DNA from: Squalus acanthias
Taxonomy: Eukaryota
Length of the DNA: 64,000 nucleotides
Reading direction: 5' to 3'
Assembly: GCA_030390025.1 (NCBI GenBank)
Contig: JASTWF010000034.1
Coordinates: 5,890,001 to 5,954,000 of the forward strand
Shown: positions 25,807 through 38,471 of the stretch, piece by piece
Layout: each line of letters starts with the position of its first letter
Numbering within the stretch: position 1 is the stretch's first letter
Translations under genes and position numbers: made by a program
The notes under the pieces: generated by a model
Database searches by the model: none
The model's input: only the letters and a program-made list of their open reading frames with translations
What the model was told of the DNA's origin: nothing

Positions 25807-28800
25807 CTCTGTGACTCCATCTGTGGAGTCCCTAAGTATAGACCCACTCTGTGACACCCTCTGTGGAGTCCCTAAGTATAGATCCACTCTGTAACTCCAT
25901 CTGTGGAGTCCCTAAGTATAGACCCACTCTGTGACACCCTCTGTGGAGTCCCTAAGTATAGATCCACTCTGTAACTCCATCTGTGGAGTCCCTAAGTATA
26001 CACCCACTCTGTGACACCCTCTGTGGAGTCCCTAAGTATAGATCCACTCTGTGACTCCATCTGTGGAGTCCCTAAGTTTAGACTCACTCTGTGACGCCAT
26101 CTGTGGAGTCCCTAAGTTTAGACCCACTCTGTGACTCCATCTGTGGAGTCCCTAAGTATACACCCACTCTGTGACTCCATCTGTGGAGTCCCTAAGTTTA
26201 GACCCACTCTGTGACTCCATCTGTGGAGTCCCTAAGTATAGACCCACTCTGTGACTCCATCTGTGGAGTCCCTAAGTATACACCCACTCTGTGACTCCAT
26301 CTGTGGAGTCCCCAAGTATAGATCCACTCTGTGCAGTCCCTAAGTATTGACCCACTCTTGACTCCCTCTGTGGAGTCCCTAAGTATAGAGCCACTCTGTG
26401 ACTCCATCTGTGGAGTCCCTAAGTATACACCCACTCTGTGACTCCATCTGTGCAGTCCCTAAGTATAGTCCCACTCTGTGACACCATCTGTGGAGTCCCC
26501 AAGTATAGGTCCACTCTGTGGAGTCCCGAAGGAAAGACCCACTCTTGACTCCCTCTGTGGAGTCCCTAAGTATAGACCCACTCTTGACTCCCTCTGTGGA
26601 GTCCCTAAGTATAGACCCACTCTGTGACTCCCTCTGTGGAGTCCCCAAGTATAGACCCACTCTGTGGAGTCCCTAAGTATAGACCCACTCTTGACTCCCT
26701 CTGTGGAGTCCCTAAGTATAGACCCACTCTGTGACTCCCTCTGTGGAGTCCCCAAGTATAGACCCACTCTGTGGAGTCCCTAAGTATAGACCCACTCTGT
26801 GACTCCCTCTGTGGAGTCCCCAAGTATAGACCCACTCTGTGGAGTCCCTAAGTACAGACCCACTCTGTGACACCATCTGTGGAGTCCCTAAGTATAGATC
26901 CACTCTGTGACACCATCTGTGGAGTCCCTAAGTATAGACCCACTCGGTGACACCCTCTGTGGAGTCCCTAAGTATAGACCCACTCTGTGACACCATCTGA
27001 GATGTCCCTAAGTATAGACCCACTCTGTGACTCCATCTGTGCATCCCTAAGTATAGACACACTCTGTGACACCATATGTGGTGTCCCTAAGTATACACCC
27101 ACTCTGTGACTCCATCTGTGGAGTCCCTAAGTATTGACCCACTCTTGACTCCATCTGTGGAGTCCCTAAGTATAGAGCCACTCTGTGACTCCATCTGTGG
27201 ATCCCTAAGTATAGACACACTCTGTGACACCATATGTGGTGTCCCTAAGTATAGACCCACTCTGTGACTCCGCCTGTGGAGTCCCTAAGTATAGACCCAC
27301 TCTATGACACCCTCTGTGGAGTCCCTAAGTATAGACCCACTCTGTGACTCCATCTGTGGAGTCCCTAAGTATAGATCCACTCTGTGACTCCATCTGTGGA
27401 GTCCCTAAGTATAGACCCACTCTGTGGAGTCCCTAAGTATAGACCCACTCTGTGACACCATCTGTGGAGTCCCTAAGTATAGATCCACTCTGTGACACCA
27501 TCTGTGGAGTCCCTAATTATAGACCCACTCTGTCACACCATCTGTGGAGTCCCTAAGTATAGACCCACTCGGTGACACCCTCTGTGGAGTCCCTAAGTAT
27601 AGACCCACTCTGTGACACCATCTGTGATGTCCCTAAGTATAGACCCACTCTGTGACTCCATTTGTGCATCCCTAAGTATAGACACACTCTGTGACACCAT
27701 ATGTGGTGTCCCTAAGTATAGATCCACTCTGTGACTCCATCTGTGGAGTCCCTAAGTATACACCCACTCTGTGACTCCATCTGTGGAGTCCCTAAGTATA
27801 GACCCACTCTGTGACACCATCTGTGGAGTCCCTAAGTATAGACCCACTCTGTGACTCCATCTGTGGAGTCCCTAAGTATAGACCCACTCTATGACACCCT
27901 CTGTGGAGTCCCTAAGTATAGACCCACATTGTGACACCATCTGTGGAGTCCCTAAGTATAGACCCACTCTGTGACTCCATCTGTGGAGTCCCTAAGTATA
28001 GACCCACTCTGTGACTCCATCTGTGGAGTCCCTAAGTATACACCCACTCTGTGACTCCATCTGTGGAGTCCCTAAGTATACACCCACTCTGTGACTCCAT
28101 CTGTGGAGTCCCCAAGTATAGATCCACTCTGTGCAGTCCCTAAGTATTGACCCACTCTTGACTCCCTCTGTGGAGTCCCTAAGTATAGAGCCACTCTGTG
28201 ACTCCATCTGTGGAGTCCCTAAGTATAGACCCACTCTGTGACTCCCTCTGTGGAGTCCCCAAGTATAGACCCACTCTGTGACTCCCTCTGTGGAGTCCCC
28301 AAGTATAGACCCACTCTGTGGAGTCCCTAAGTATAGACCCACTCTGTGACACCATCTGTGGAGTCCCTAAGTATAGATCCACTCTGTGACTCCATCTGTG
28401 GAGTCCCGAAGTATAGATCCACTCTGTGACACCATCTGTGGAGTCCCCAAGTATAGATCCACTCTGTGACTCCATCTGTGGAGTCCCTAAGTATAGACCC
28501 ACTCTGTGACACCATCTGTGGAGTCCCCAAGTATAGGTCCACTCTGTGGAGTCCCGAAGGAAAGACCCACTCTTGACTCCCTCTGTGGAGTCCCTAAGTA
28601 TAGACCCACTCTTGACTCCCTCTGTGGAGTCCCTAAGTATAGACCCACTCTGTGACTCCCTCTGTGGAGTCCCCAAGTATAGACCCACTCTGTGGAGTCC
28701 CTAAGTATAGACCCACTCTGTGACACCATCTGTGGAGTCCCTAAGTATAGAGCCACTCTGTGACTCCATCTGTGGATCCCTAAGTATAGACCCACTCTGT

Positions 28801-30447
28801 GACACCATCTGTGGAGTCCCTAATTATAGACCCACTCTGTGACACCATCTGTGGAGTCCCTAAGTATAGACCCACTCGGTGACACCCTCTGTGGAGTCCC
28901 TAAGTATAGACCCACTCTGTGACACCATCTGAGATGTCCCTAAGTATAGACCCACTCTGTGACTCCATCTGTGCATCCCTAAGTATAGACACACTCTGTG
29001 ACACCATATGTGGTGTCCCTAAGTATACACCCACTCTGTGACTCCCTCTGTGGAGTCCCCAAGTATAGATCCACTCTGTGGAGTCCCTAAGTATTGACCC
29101 ACTCTTGACTCCATCTGTGGAGTCCCTAAGTATAGAGCCACTCTGTGACTCCATCTGTGGATCCCTAAGTATAGACACACTCTGTGACACCATATGTGGT
29201 GTCCCTAAGTATAGACCCACTCTGTGACTCCGCCTGTGGAGTCCCTAAGTATAGACCCACTCTATGACACCCTCTGCGGAGTCCCTAAGTATAGACCCAC
29301 TCTGTGACTCCATCTGTGGAGTCCCTAAGTATAGACCCACTCTGTGACTCCATCTGTGGAGTCCCTAAGTATAGACCCACTCTGTGACTCCGCCTGTGGA
29401 GTCCCTAAGTATAGACCCACTCTATGACACCCTCTGTGGAGTCCCTAAGTATAGACCCACTCTGTGACTCCATCTGTGGAGTCCCTAAGTATAGACCCAC
29501 TCTGTGACTCCATCTGTGGAGTCCCTAAGTATAGATCCACTCTGTGACTCCATCTGTGGAGTCCCTAAGTATAGACCCACTCTGTGGAGTCCCGAAGGAA
29601 AGACCCACTCTTGACTCCCTCTGTGGAGTCCCTAAGTATAGACCCACTCTGTGACTCCCTCTGTGGAGTCCCCAAGTATAGACCCACTCTGTGGAGTCCC
29701 TAAGTATAGACCCACTCTGTGACACCATCTGTGGAGTCCCTAAGTATAGATCCACTCTGTGACACCATCTGTGGAGTCCCTAATTATAGACCCACTCTGT
29801 GACTCCATCTGTGATGTCCCTAAGTATAGACCCACTCTGTGACTCCATCTGTGCATCCCTAAGTATAGACACACTCTGTGACACCATATGTGGTGTCCCT
29901 AAGTATAGACCCACTCTGTGACTCCATCTGTGGAGTCCCTAAGTATAGACCCACTCTGTGACACCATCTGTGGAGTCCCTAAGTATAGACCCACTCTGTG
30001 ACTCCATCTGTGGAGTCGCTAAGTATAGACCCACTCTGTGACTCCCCTGTGGAGTCCCTAAGTATAGACCCACTCTGTGATACCCCCGGTGGAGTCCCTA
30101 AGTATAGACCCACTCTGTGACTCCCTCTGTGGAGTCCTTAAGTATAGACCCACTCTGTGACTCCCCCTGTGGAGTCCCTAAGTGTAGACCCACTCTATGA
30201 CACCCTCTGTGGAGTCCCTAAGTATAGACCCACATTGTGACACCATCTGTGGAGTCCCTAAGTATAGACCCACTCTGTCACACCATCTGTGGAGTCCCTA
30301 AGTATAGACCCACTCTGTGACTCCATCTGTGGAGTCCCTAAGTATAGATCCACTCTGTGACACCAGCTGTGGAGTCCCTAAGAAGAAGACTCTGTGACAC
30401 CATCTGTGGAGTCCCTAAGTATAGACCCACTCTGTGACTCCATCTGT
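25807..30447. repeat. 40-bp minisatellite, about 4.6 kb, with higher-order structure
   Basis: Unit GACTCCATCTGTGGAGTCCCTAAGTATAGACCCACTCTGT. Confidence 0.97.
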
Positions 30448-30534
30448 GTGAGTGTGCGATTCATTCTGTTTCTGTCAGTCTCTGGTGCAGTGTATGAGTG
30501 TGCGATTCATTCTGTATCTGACAATCTCTGATAC

Positions 30535-30640
30535 TGTGGGATCCCTTGTCTTGTGAGTCCTTCCGAAACGCATAACCTCACAATTCTCCAGATTGAATTC
30601 CATTTGCCTCTTTTCTGCACAACTGACCAGTCCAGTGATT
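30535..30640 (-). mobile_element. Short CR1 RT fragment
   Basis: GGCAAATGGAATTCAAT...TGTGAGGTTATGCGTTTCGG; paralogous to 45272-45350. Confidence 0.6.
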
Positions 30641-30911
30641 TCTTCCTGCATATATCATGCGTTATACACAGTCTAAAGCTCCCATTAGACTGCCCAATCA
30701 GACAGTAAAAGGGCAGGTAAAGCACGGGTAAGATAGAGAGAAGCAAAGTAAAGCTTCCTCTACAATGGACACCCAAAACACTCTCTGGGCAGCTCCCACT
30801 AATTTGGTTCAGAAGAGCCTGATGCGAGATGTTGACCAGCTCCCAGTATCTGGTTAGACTCTCACATTGGAAAAATCCTGGACTGATGGGATTCTCAGTA
30901 ACGTTCCTCAC

Positions 30912-31340
30912 CTTTCCAATCATTGTTGAAGCTTCCTGTTTTATCCCTTTTCCGAAAATGGGGATCTCGGTCCCGCCGGATCTGCTCTGTGAACCCAGCG
31001 ACCTTTCTCCAGTCCCAGTCAGTGAGGCGATGATTCGACTTCTCTCTCCCCACCTTCCTGAAATATTGCTCACTCCCAGAGACTGTCAATAGAAAAATGA
31101 TTAATATTAATCCCAGAATCTGTAACTGGAATACAGTGGGACTGTTTTTGTGACTGATTATATTTAATTTGACTAAACTCACTGCCAGTGTCAGCTGTCA
31201 CTCCAGCTCCTCCCACACCGACATCCCACTGATGGGCCGTAACCGGGGCGGAAACCTGACTCCAGGTGACATCACAAAGGAACCGGGAGCCAATCACACA
31301 ACAGCCGGGAATAATGACACAAAGCGGCCATAAACCCTCC
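30912..31340 (-). other. Promoter/exon cassette copy A (171-bp exon 30912-31082; ATG changed to AGG)
   Basis: Acceptor TTTTTCTATTGACAG, donor AAG|GTGAGG; upstream donor CA|GTGAGT; GC box, TGACATCA and CCAAT. Confidence 0.6.
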
Positions 31341-31342
31341 AA

Positions 31343-31661
31343 AGTCAACATGGATTTACAAAAGTTAAATCGTGCTTGACTAATCTATTGGAATTTTTGG
31401 AGGATGTAACTGGTAAAATAGATAAGGGAGAACCAGTGGATGTGGTGTATTTGGACTTTCAAAAGGCTTTCGATAAGGTCCCGCATAAGAGATTAGCGTG
31501 TAAAGTTAAGGCACATGGGATTGGGGGGCATGGTATTGACTTGGATAGAGAACTGGTTGGCAGACAGAAAGCAAAGAGTTGGAATAAACGTGTCTTTTTC
31601 CGAGTGGCAGGCAGTGACTAGTGGGGTACCGCAGGGATTGGTCCTTGGACCCCAGCTATTC

Positions 31662-31710
<49 letters not shown>

Positions 31711-32665
31711 GATCTAGACGAGGGACCTAGATGTAATATCTCCAAGTTTGCAGACGACACAAAGCTGGGTGGGCGTGTGTGCTGTGAGGAGGATGCCGAG
31801 AAACTCCAGGATGATTTGGACAGGTTGGGCGATTGGGGAGAAGCATGGCAGATGCAATTTAACGTGGATAAATGCGAGGTTATCCACTTTGGTGTCAAAA
31901 ACAGAAAGGCAGATTATTATCTGAATGGCAATAGATTGGGAGAAGGGGAAGTGCAACGAGAACTGGGTGTCCTTGTGCACCAGTCGCTGCAGGTAAGCAT
32001 GCAGGCGGTTAAGAAGGCAAATGGATGTTGGCCTTCGGAGCGAGAGGGTTTGAGTGCAGGAACAAGGATGTCTTGCTGCAGTTGTACAGGGCCTTGGTGA
32101 AACCACATCTTGAGTATTGTGAGCAGTTTTGATCGCCTGATCTGAGGAAGGAGGTTCTTGCCATGGAAGGAGTTCAGCGAAGATTCACCACGCGGATACC
32201 TGGGATGGCAGGAATGATGTATGATGAGAGATTGGATCGATTGGGATTATACTCGCTGGAGTTTAGAAGAATGAGAGGGGATCTCATTGAAACTTATAAA
32301 TTTCTGACAGGACTGGACAGACTAGATGCAGGAAGGATGTTCCCGATGGTCGGGGAGTCCAGAACCAGGGGTCACAGTCTAAGGATAAGGGGTAAGACAT
32401 TTAGGACAGAAATGAGGAGGAATTTCTTCAACCAGAGAGTGGTGAACCTGTGGAATTCTCTACCACAGAAGGCAGTAGAGGCCAATTCATTAAATATATT
32501 CAAGAAGGAGTTGGATATATTTCTTAAGCCGAAAGGGATCAAGGGATATGGGGAGCAAGCAGGGACACGGTTCTAAATTTGGATGATCAGCCATGATCGC
32601 ATTGAATGGCGGAGCAGGATCGAGGGGCCGAATGGCCTACTCCTGCTCCTATCTTCTATGTTTCT
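31343..32665 (+). mobile_element. CR1 RT and 3' end
   Basis: YLDFQKAFDKVPH, GVPQG, KFADDTK, RRMRGDLIE and tail. Confidence 0.95.
31665..31706. repeat. (AT)21 microsatellite expanded inside the CR1 FTIYIND codons
   Basis: Read directly. Confidence 0.95.
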
Positions 32666-32669
32666 CCCA

Positions 32670-32960
32670 CTCTACAATACAGAGCTCCCTCTACATTACT
32701 CCGAAAGTGTACCCCCACTTTATACCCAGTGTCAGCATGGAATGCTCCCAGGGCAGATACAATGCAGAGCTCCCTCTACATTACCCTGACAGTTTACCCC
32801 CACTTTATACCCCGTGTCAGCATCGTGCACTCCCAGGGCAGGTACATTACAGAGATCCCTCTACATTACCCTGAGAGTGTACCCCAACTTAATACCCAGT
32901 GTCAGCATCGTGCACACCCTGGGCAGGTATAATACAGAGCTCCCTCAACATTACCCTGAC
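32670..32960 (+). repeat. 85-bp tandem repeat
   Basis: CAGGTACAATACAGAGCTCCCTCTACATTAC...CCCACTTTATACCCAGTGTCAGCATC. Confidence 0.9.
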
Positions 32961-33184
32961 ATTACCACTGTTGCTCCCTCCCGCTCCATACCATTCCTGT
33001 TCCTCACTCTGCTCCAGCTCGGGTTCCCCAGCCACAGTTCCTCTGCCGTTTGTTCCAGGTAGTCCAGGGTCCACTTTGCTGGACAGGTCACAGCGGGGTC
33101 TAAGAGTAGAGGAAGATTCAGAAGTCAAACACCATTTAAAGTGAAAACGGTCAGAGCGGCCGTAATCACCCTCAGGACCTTAAC

Positions 33185-34752
33185 CACAATGTCCAGTGTC
33201 AGTGACCCTGTGTCCACAATGCCCAGGGTCAGTGACCCTGTACACACAATGCCCAGGGTCAGTGGCCCTGTACCCACAATGCCCAGTGTCAGTGACGCTG
33301 TACCCACAATGCCCAGGGTCAGTGACCCTGTGTCCAAAATGCCCGGGGTCAGTGACTCTGTACCCACAATGCCCAGGGTCAGTGGCCCTGTACCCGCAAT
33401 GCCCAGGGCGAGTGACTCTGTACCCACAATGCCCAGTGTCAGTGACTCTGTACCCACAATGCCCAGTGTCAATGACCCTGTACCCACAATGCCCAGTGTC
33501 AATGATCCTCTGCCCACTGTGCCCAGTGTCAGTGACTCTGTACCCACAATGCCCAGGGTCAGTGACTCTGTACCCACAATGCCCAGTGTCAATGACCCTG
33601 TACCCACAATGTCCAGTGTCAATGACTCTGTACTCACAATGCCCAGTGTCAATGACCCTGTATCTACAATGCCCAGTGTCAATGACCCTGTACCCACAAT
33701 GCCCGGGGTCAGTGACTCAGTATCTACAATGCCCAGTGTCAATGACCCTGTACCCACAATGTCCAGTGTCAGTGACCCTGTACCCACAATGTCCAGTGTC
33801 AGTGACCCTGTACCCACAATGCCCGGGGTCAGTGACTCAGTATCTACAATGCCCAGTGTCAATGACCCTGTACCCACAATGCCCAGTGTCAATGACACTG
33901 TACCCACCATTGCCCGGGGTCAGTGACCCTGTACCCACAATGCCCGGGCTCAGTGACGCTGTACCCACAATGCCCAGTGTTAGTGACTGTACCCACAATG
34001 CCCGGGGTCAGTGGCCATGTACCCACAATGCCCAGTGTCAATTATCCTGTGCCCACAATGCCCGGGCTCAGTGACGCTGTACCCACAATGCTCAGTGTCA
34101 ATGACCCTGTACCCAAATTGCCCGGGGTCAGTGGCCCTGCACCCACAATGCCCAGTTTCAATGTTCCTGTGCCCACAATGCCCAGGGTCAGTGGCCCTGT
34201 ACCCACAATGCCCATTGTCAGTGACTCTGTACCCACAATGCCCGGGGTCACTGGCCCTGTACCCACAATGCCCAGTGTCAATGATCCTGTACCCACAATG
34301 CCCGGGGTCAGTGGCCCTGTACCCACAATGCCCAGTGTCAATGATCCTGTACCCACAATGCCCATTGTCAGTGACTCTGTACCCACAATGCCCGGGGTCA
34401 GTGGCCCTGTACCCACAATGCCCAGTGTTAATGATCCTGTGCCCACAATGCCCGGGCTCAGTGACGCTGTACCCACAATGCCCAGTGTTATTGACTCTGT
34501 ACCCACAATGCCCAGTGTCAGTGACCCTGTACCCACAATGCCCGGGGTCAGTGACTCTGTACCCACAATGCCCAGTGTCAATGATCCTGTGCCCACAATG
34601 CCCATTGTCAGTGACTCTGTACCCACAATGCCCGGGCTCAGTGACGCTGTACCCACAATGCCCGGGGTCAGTGACCCTGTACCCACAATGCCCAGTGTCA
34701 ATGATCCTGTGCCCACAATGCCCGGGGTCAGTGACGCTGTACCCACAATGCT
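33185..34752. repeat. 30-bp intronic minisatellite, about 52 units
   Basis: Unit CAGTGACCCTGTACCCACAATGCCCAGGGT. Confidence 0.97.
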
Positions 34753-35214
34753 GAGTGGCCCGTCCACATACCGGTCACCTGGGCGATGAACTCCATTGAC
34801 CAATCGGCTTCACTGTCGGCCTGCGATGTGTCTGCCGTCGGCTCGGTGGCCAGAAACTCCTCGACCCAGGTCCCCGACATCGCCAGGTCTGCCACAACGG
34901 GGGCTTGGGGTGTGAAAACAGGGCCCGAATCTGGGCAGGAAACACCCAGGCTCCATCTCCGGCCTGTGCTGATTTGACCCTCTGCTCCCAGGGGTGATCT
35001 TACCTCACTGCTGAGCCTGTCAAAGCCTCAGTTCTCAACCTCCTGCATCTCCGCCAGCAGGTCGTCCATCTTGAACGTGTGGGGTGCGCGGGGCAGCAGC
35101 GGGCCATTCTGATCAGTCACGAACTCCGAGACTAACTGCAAGAGAGAGAGGCGGCAATTAGACCCACACAATGATGGGTGCCCACCCCTGAAATGTCCCC
35201 TCCCGGAGTGGTTA

Positions 35215-35470
35215 CTGAGATCCCCCACACAAACAGTGCAGGAAAGTCCCAAACTCCATCCCCGGCCTGTGCTGAGTTAGCCTGATCTCCTCCGGTGAGG
35301 GACTGTGACCCCCACACACAGAGCAGGAAAGGCCCAGGCTCCATCCCCGGCCTGTGCTGAGTTAGCCTGATCTCCCCCGGTGAGGGTCTGTGACCCCCAC
35401 ACACAGAGCAGGAAAGGCCCAGGCTCCATCCCCGGCCTGTGCTGAGTTAGCCTGATTCTCGCCCGGTGAA
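35215..35470. repeat. About 86-bp intronic repeat, 3 units (paralog at 63800-63980)
   Basis: GGAAAGGCCCAGGCTCCATCCCCGGCCTGTGCTGAGTTA. Confidence 0.85.
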
Positions 35471-35714
35471 TGGAGCCTGGATTACAGGCTGACACAATAA
35501 CCATCTTTGTCCTCTCAGGCAGATCCCAGTGGCTTGGAGACCTGGAATATGGCATGGACTGGTTGGGCCGAATGGCCTGTTATCGTCAAAGAGACATTTT
35601 ATAATTCTGAGGGAGAGGGATTGAGAGAGAGAGGCACAGGAGGCGTAAATATTATAGTTATAGTCATAGATTTGCATTACTGATTGATATTATTTATTAT
35701 CTATTTCTAATAGC

Positions 35715-36745
35715 TCTTTAATGGGCATATAATTGGCAAATGAAATTTAACACACATGAACCTGAGGTGTTACATTTTGGTAAGAAATGTAGAGAGGTCA
35801 CATATTACTTGGAAAATAAGAATCTAAATGGGGTAGAGGATCAAAGGAATCTCGGAGTACAAATACACAAATCACTGAAAGTAGCACAACAGGTTAATAA
35901 GGCTATAAAAAGCAAACCAATCACTCGGGTTTATATCTGGAAAGGTAGAATTGAAAAGTAGTGAATTTATGCTAAACTTGTATCGAACCTTGTTTAGACC
36001 ACACTTGGAAAACTGTGTACAGTTCTGGTCGCTGTATTCTAAAAAGGATAGAGGCACTGGAGAGGGTGCAGAGAAGATTTACATGGATAATACCAGAAAA
36101 GCTAGGGTGACTTAGAAGTATATCGCCGATTCTTCATCGTCGCTGGGTTAAAATCCTGGAACTCCCTACCTAACAGCACTGTGGGAGCACCATCACCACA
36201 CGGACTGCAGCGGTTCAAGAAGGCGGCTCACCACCACCTTCTCAAGGGCAACTCGGAATGGGCAATAAATGCTGGCCTTGCCAGCGGTGCCCAGATCCCT
36301 TAAACGAATAAAACAAAATACATATCAGGAACGGATGAAAACGTTGGGTCTCCTTTCTCTTGAAGGCTGAGGGGTGACCTGATAAAGCTCTTTAAAATGA
36401 GGAAAGGTTTTGATGGAGTGGATACAGAGAGAATGTTTCCACTTGTGGGGAACAGCAAAATTAGAGGCCATCAATATAAGGCAGTCACCAAGAAATCAAA
36501 TAGGGAATTCAGAAGAAACCTCTTTACCCAGAGAGTGGTGAGAATGTGGAACTCGCTACCACAGGGAGTGGTTGAAGCGAATAGTATTGATGCATTTAAG
36601 GGGCAGTTAGATTAGCATATGTGGGAGAAGGGAATAGAGGTTTACGCTGATAGAATTAGATGAGGTAAGACGGGAGGAGGCTCGAGTGGAGCATAAACGC
36701 TGGCATGGACTGTATGGGTCGAATGGCCTGGTTCTGTGCTGTATA
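35715..36745 (+). mobile_element. CR1 3' fragment interrupted by another LINE's 3' end (36107-36315)
   Basis: WQMKFN, RPHLENCVQFW, FTQRVVRMWNSLP; the nested tail matches 4330-4668. Confidence 0.85.
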
Positions 36746-36764
36746 CCCCATATAATCCCCTGTT

Positions 36765-37630
36765 ACAGAGTAAAGCTCTCATCAAATACCTCCAGGGCAG
36801 GTACAGTGGGTTAGATACAAAGTTCAGCTCCCTCTACACTGTCCCATCAAACACTCCAAGGGCAGGGACAGCACGGGTGAGATACAGAGTAAAGCTCCCT
36901 CTACACTGCCCCACCAAACACTCCCAGGGCAGGTACACCACGGGATAGATACAAAGTAAAGGTCCCTCTAAACTGTCCCATCAAACATTCCCAGGGCAGG
37001 TACAGCACGGAATAGATACAGAGTAAAGCTCCCTCTACATTGTCCCATCAAACACTCCCAGGGCAAGTACAGCACGGGTTAGATACAGAGTAAAGCTCCC
37101 TCTACACTGCCCACCAAACATTCCCAGGGCAGGTACAGTGGGTTAGATACAGAGTAAAGCTCCCTCTACACTGCCCACCAAACATTCCCAGGGAAGGTAC
37201 AGTGGGTTAGATACAGAGTAAAGCTCCCTCTACACTGTCCCATCAAACATTCCCAGGGCAGGTACAGCACGGGTTAGATACAGAGTAAAACACCCTCTAC
37301 ACTGTCCCATCAAACATTCCCAGGGCAGGAACAGCACGGGTTAGATACAGAGTAAAGCTCCCTCTACACTGCCCCACCAAACATTCCAAGGGCAGGTACA
37401 GTGGGTTAGATGCAGAGTAAAGCTCCCTCTGCACTGTCCCATCAAACATTCCCAGGGAAGGTACAGTGAGTTAGATACAGAGTAAAGTTCCCTCTACACT
37501 GTCCCATCAAACACTCCCAGGGCAGGTACAGCACAGGTTAGATAGAGAGTAATGCTCCCTCTACACTGTCCCACCAAACATTCCAAGGGCAGGTACAGCA
37601 CGGATTAGATACAGAGTAAAGTTCCCTCCA
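36765..37630 (+). repeat. 67-bp satellite array
   Basis: Same unit as 16770. Confidence 0.95.
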
Positions 37631-37946
37631 ATTTGGTTCATCAACACAACCAACTCTGATTCATCATGTGTTCAATGCAGCGTACAGCTCCCTTGACACT
37701 ACCCAATGAAGCACAACCAGCTCGGGTACAGCATGGGGTGAATACAGAATAAAGATCCCTCTACATGTAAGTGTCAAACACTCCCGGGTGAGGTACGGGC
37801 AAGGTTTATCTCCGAGTTAAGCTCCGCTCAACTTGCCACATCAAAGGCCGAGCCTGACGGCAGATGTTGAACGGCTCCCAGTATCTGGTTAGACTCTCAT
37901 CTCAGCAAAATGCTGGACTGATGGGATTCTCAGTAAAGTTCCTCAC

Positions 37947-38460
37947 CTTTCCAATCATTGTTGAAGCTTCCCGTTTTATCCCGTCGCCGACACTGGGGGT
38001 CTCGATCCCACCAGATCTGCTCTGTGAAACCAGAGACATTTCTCCAGTCCCAGTCAGTGAGGCGATGATTCGACTTCTCTCTCTCCACCTTCCTGAGATA
38101 TTGCTCACTCCCAGAGACTGTCAATAGAAACATGATTCATATTAATCCCAGATCCAGTCCCTGGAATACAGTGGGGCTGTTTTTGTGACTGGGATTGTAT
38201 CTAATTTCATTATCTTTGCAATTAATGTGTATTTCAATTACTTACATTAATATTAAATTGTTCCATTCAGCCCTTTGCCCTGTTTATTGGGACTAAACTC
38301 ACTGCCAGTGTCAGCTGTCACTCCAGCTCCTCCCACACTGACGGGCCGTAACCAGGGGCGGGGCCCTGTTTCCAAGTGACATCACACAGGAGCAGGGAGC
38401 CAATCAGTCAAAGAGCAGCCTGGAAAACTATTAAAGCGGCCAAGCCCCTCCCAATCCCCC
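37947..38460 (-). other. Promoter/exon cassette copy B (exon 37947-38117, ATG 38039, splice sites intact)
   Basis: MSLVSQSRSGGIETPSVGDGIKREASTMIGK|GTGAGG; upstream donor at 38302; GGGGCGGGG, TGACATCA and CCAAT. Confidence 0.65.
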
Positions 38461-38471
38461 CGGGGCAGGTA

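Larger units (their letters stand above)
32992..35541 (-). pseudogene. PEX5: Partial PEX5 pseudogene copy 1 (four consecutive N-terminal exons)
   Basis: Exons 35541-35506 VSKPLGSA*EDK; 35135-35004 [35 protein letters not shown] (frameshift); 34903-34772 APVVADLAMSGTWVEEF...DWSMEFIAQVT; 33099-32992 DPAVTCPAKWTLDYLEQTAEELWLG/EPE (frameshift). Collinear with the vertebrate PEX5 N-terminus as I recall it. Confidence 0.93.

Noticed and set aside
25807..30447. CRISPR-like palindromic repeat array
   Set aside because: No unique spacers, no cas genes, and the context is vertebrate DNA.
32992..33099. PAKWTLDYL as a JmjC/FIH-like motif
   Set aside because: Better explained as a PEX5 WxxxY exon collinear with three other PEX5 exons.
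33125..34803. Long mucin-like or Cys/Pro-rich ORFs on both strands (also 60172-61018 and 62738-63476)
   Set aside because: They are translations of a 30-bp minisatellite lying in a PEX5 intron; open frames follow from the unit length.
37930..38133. DWDWRNVSG resembling the papain/cathepsin C mature N-terminus
   Set aside because: The QxxCGSC motif that should follow is absent, so this is likely chance in an alternative frame of the cassette exon.
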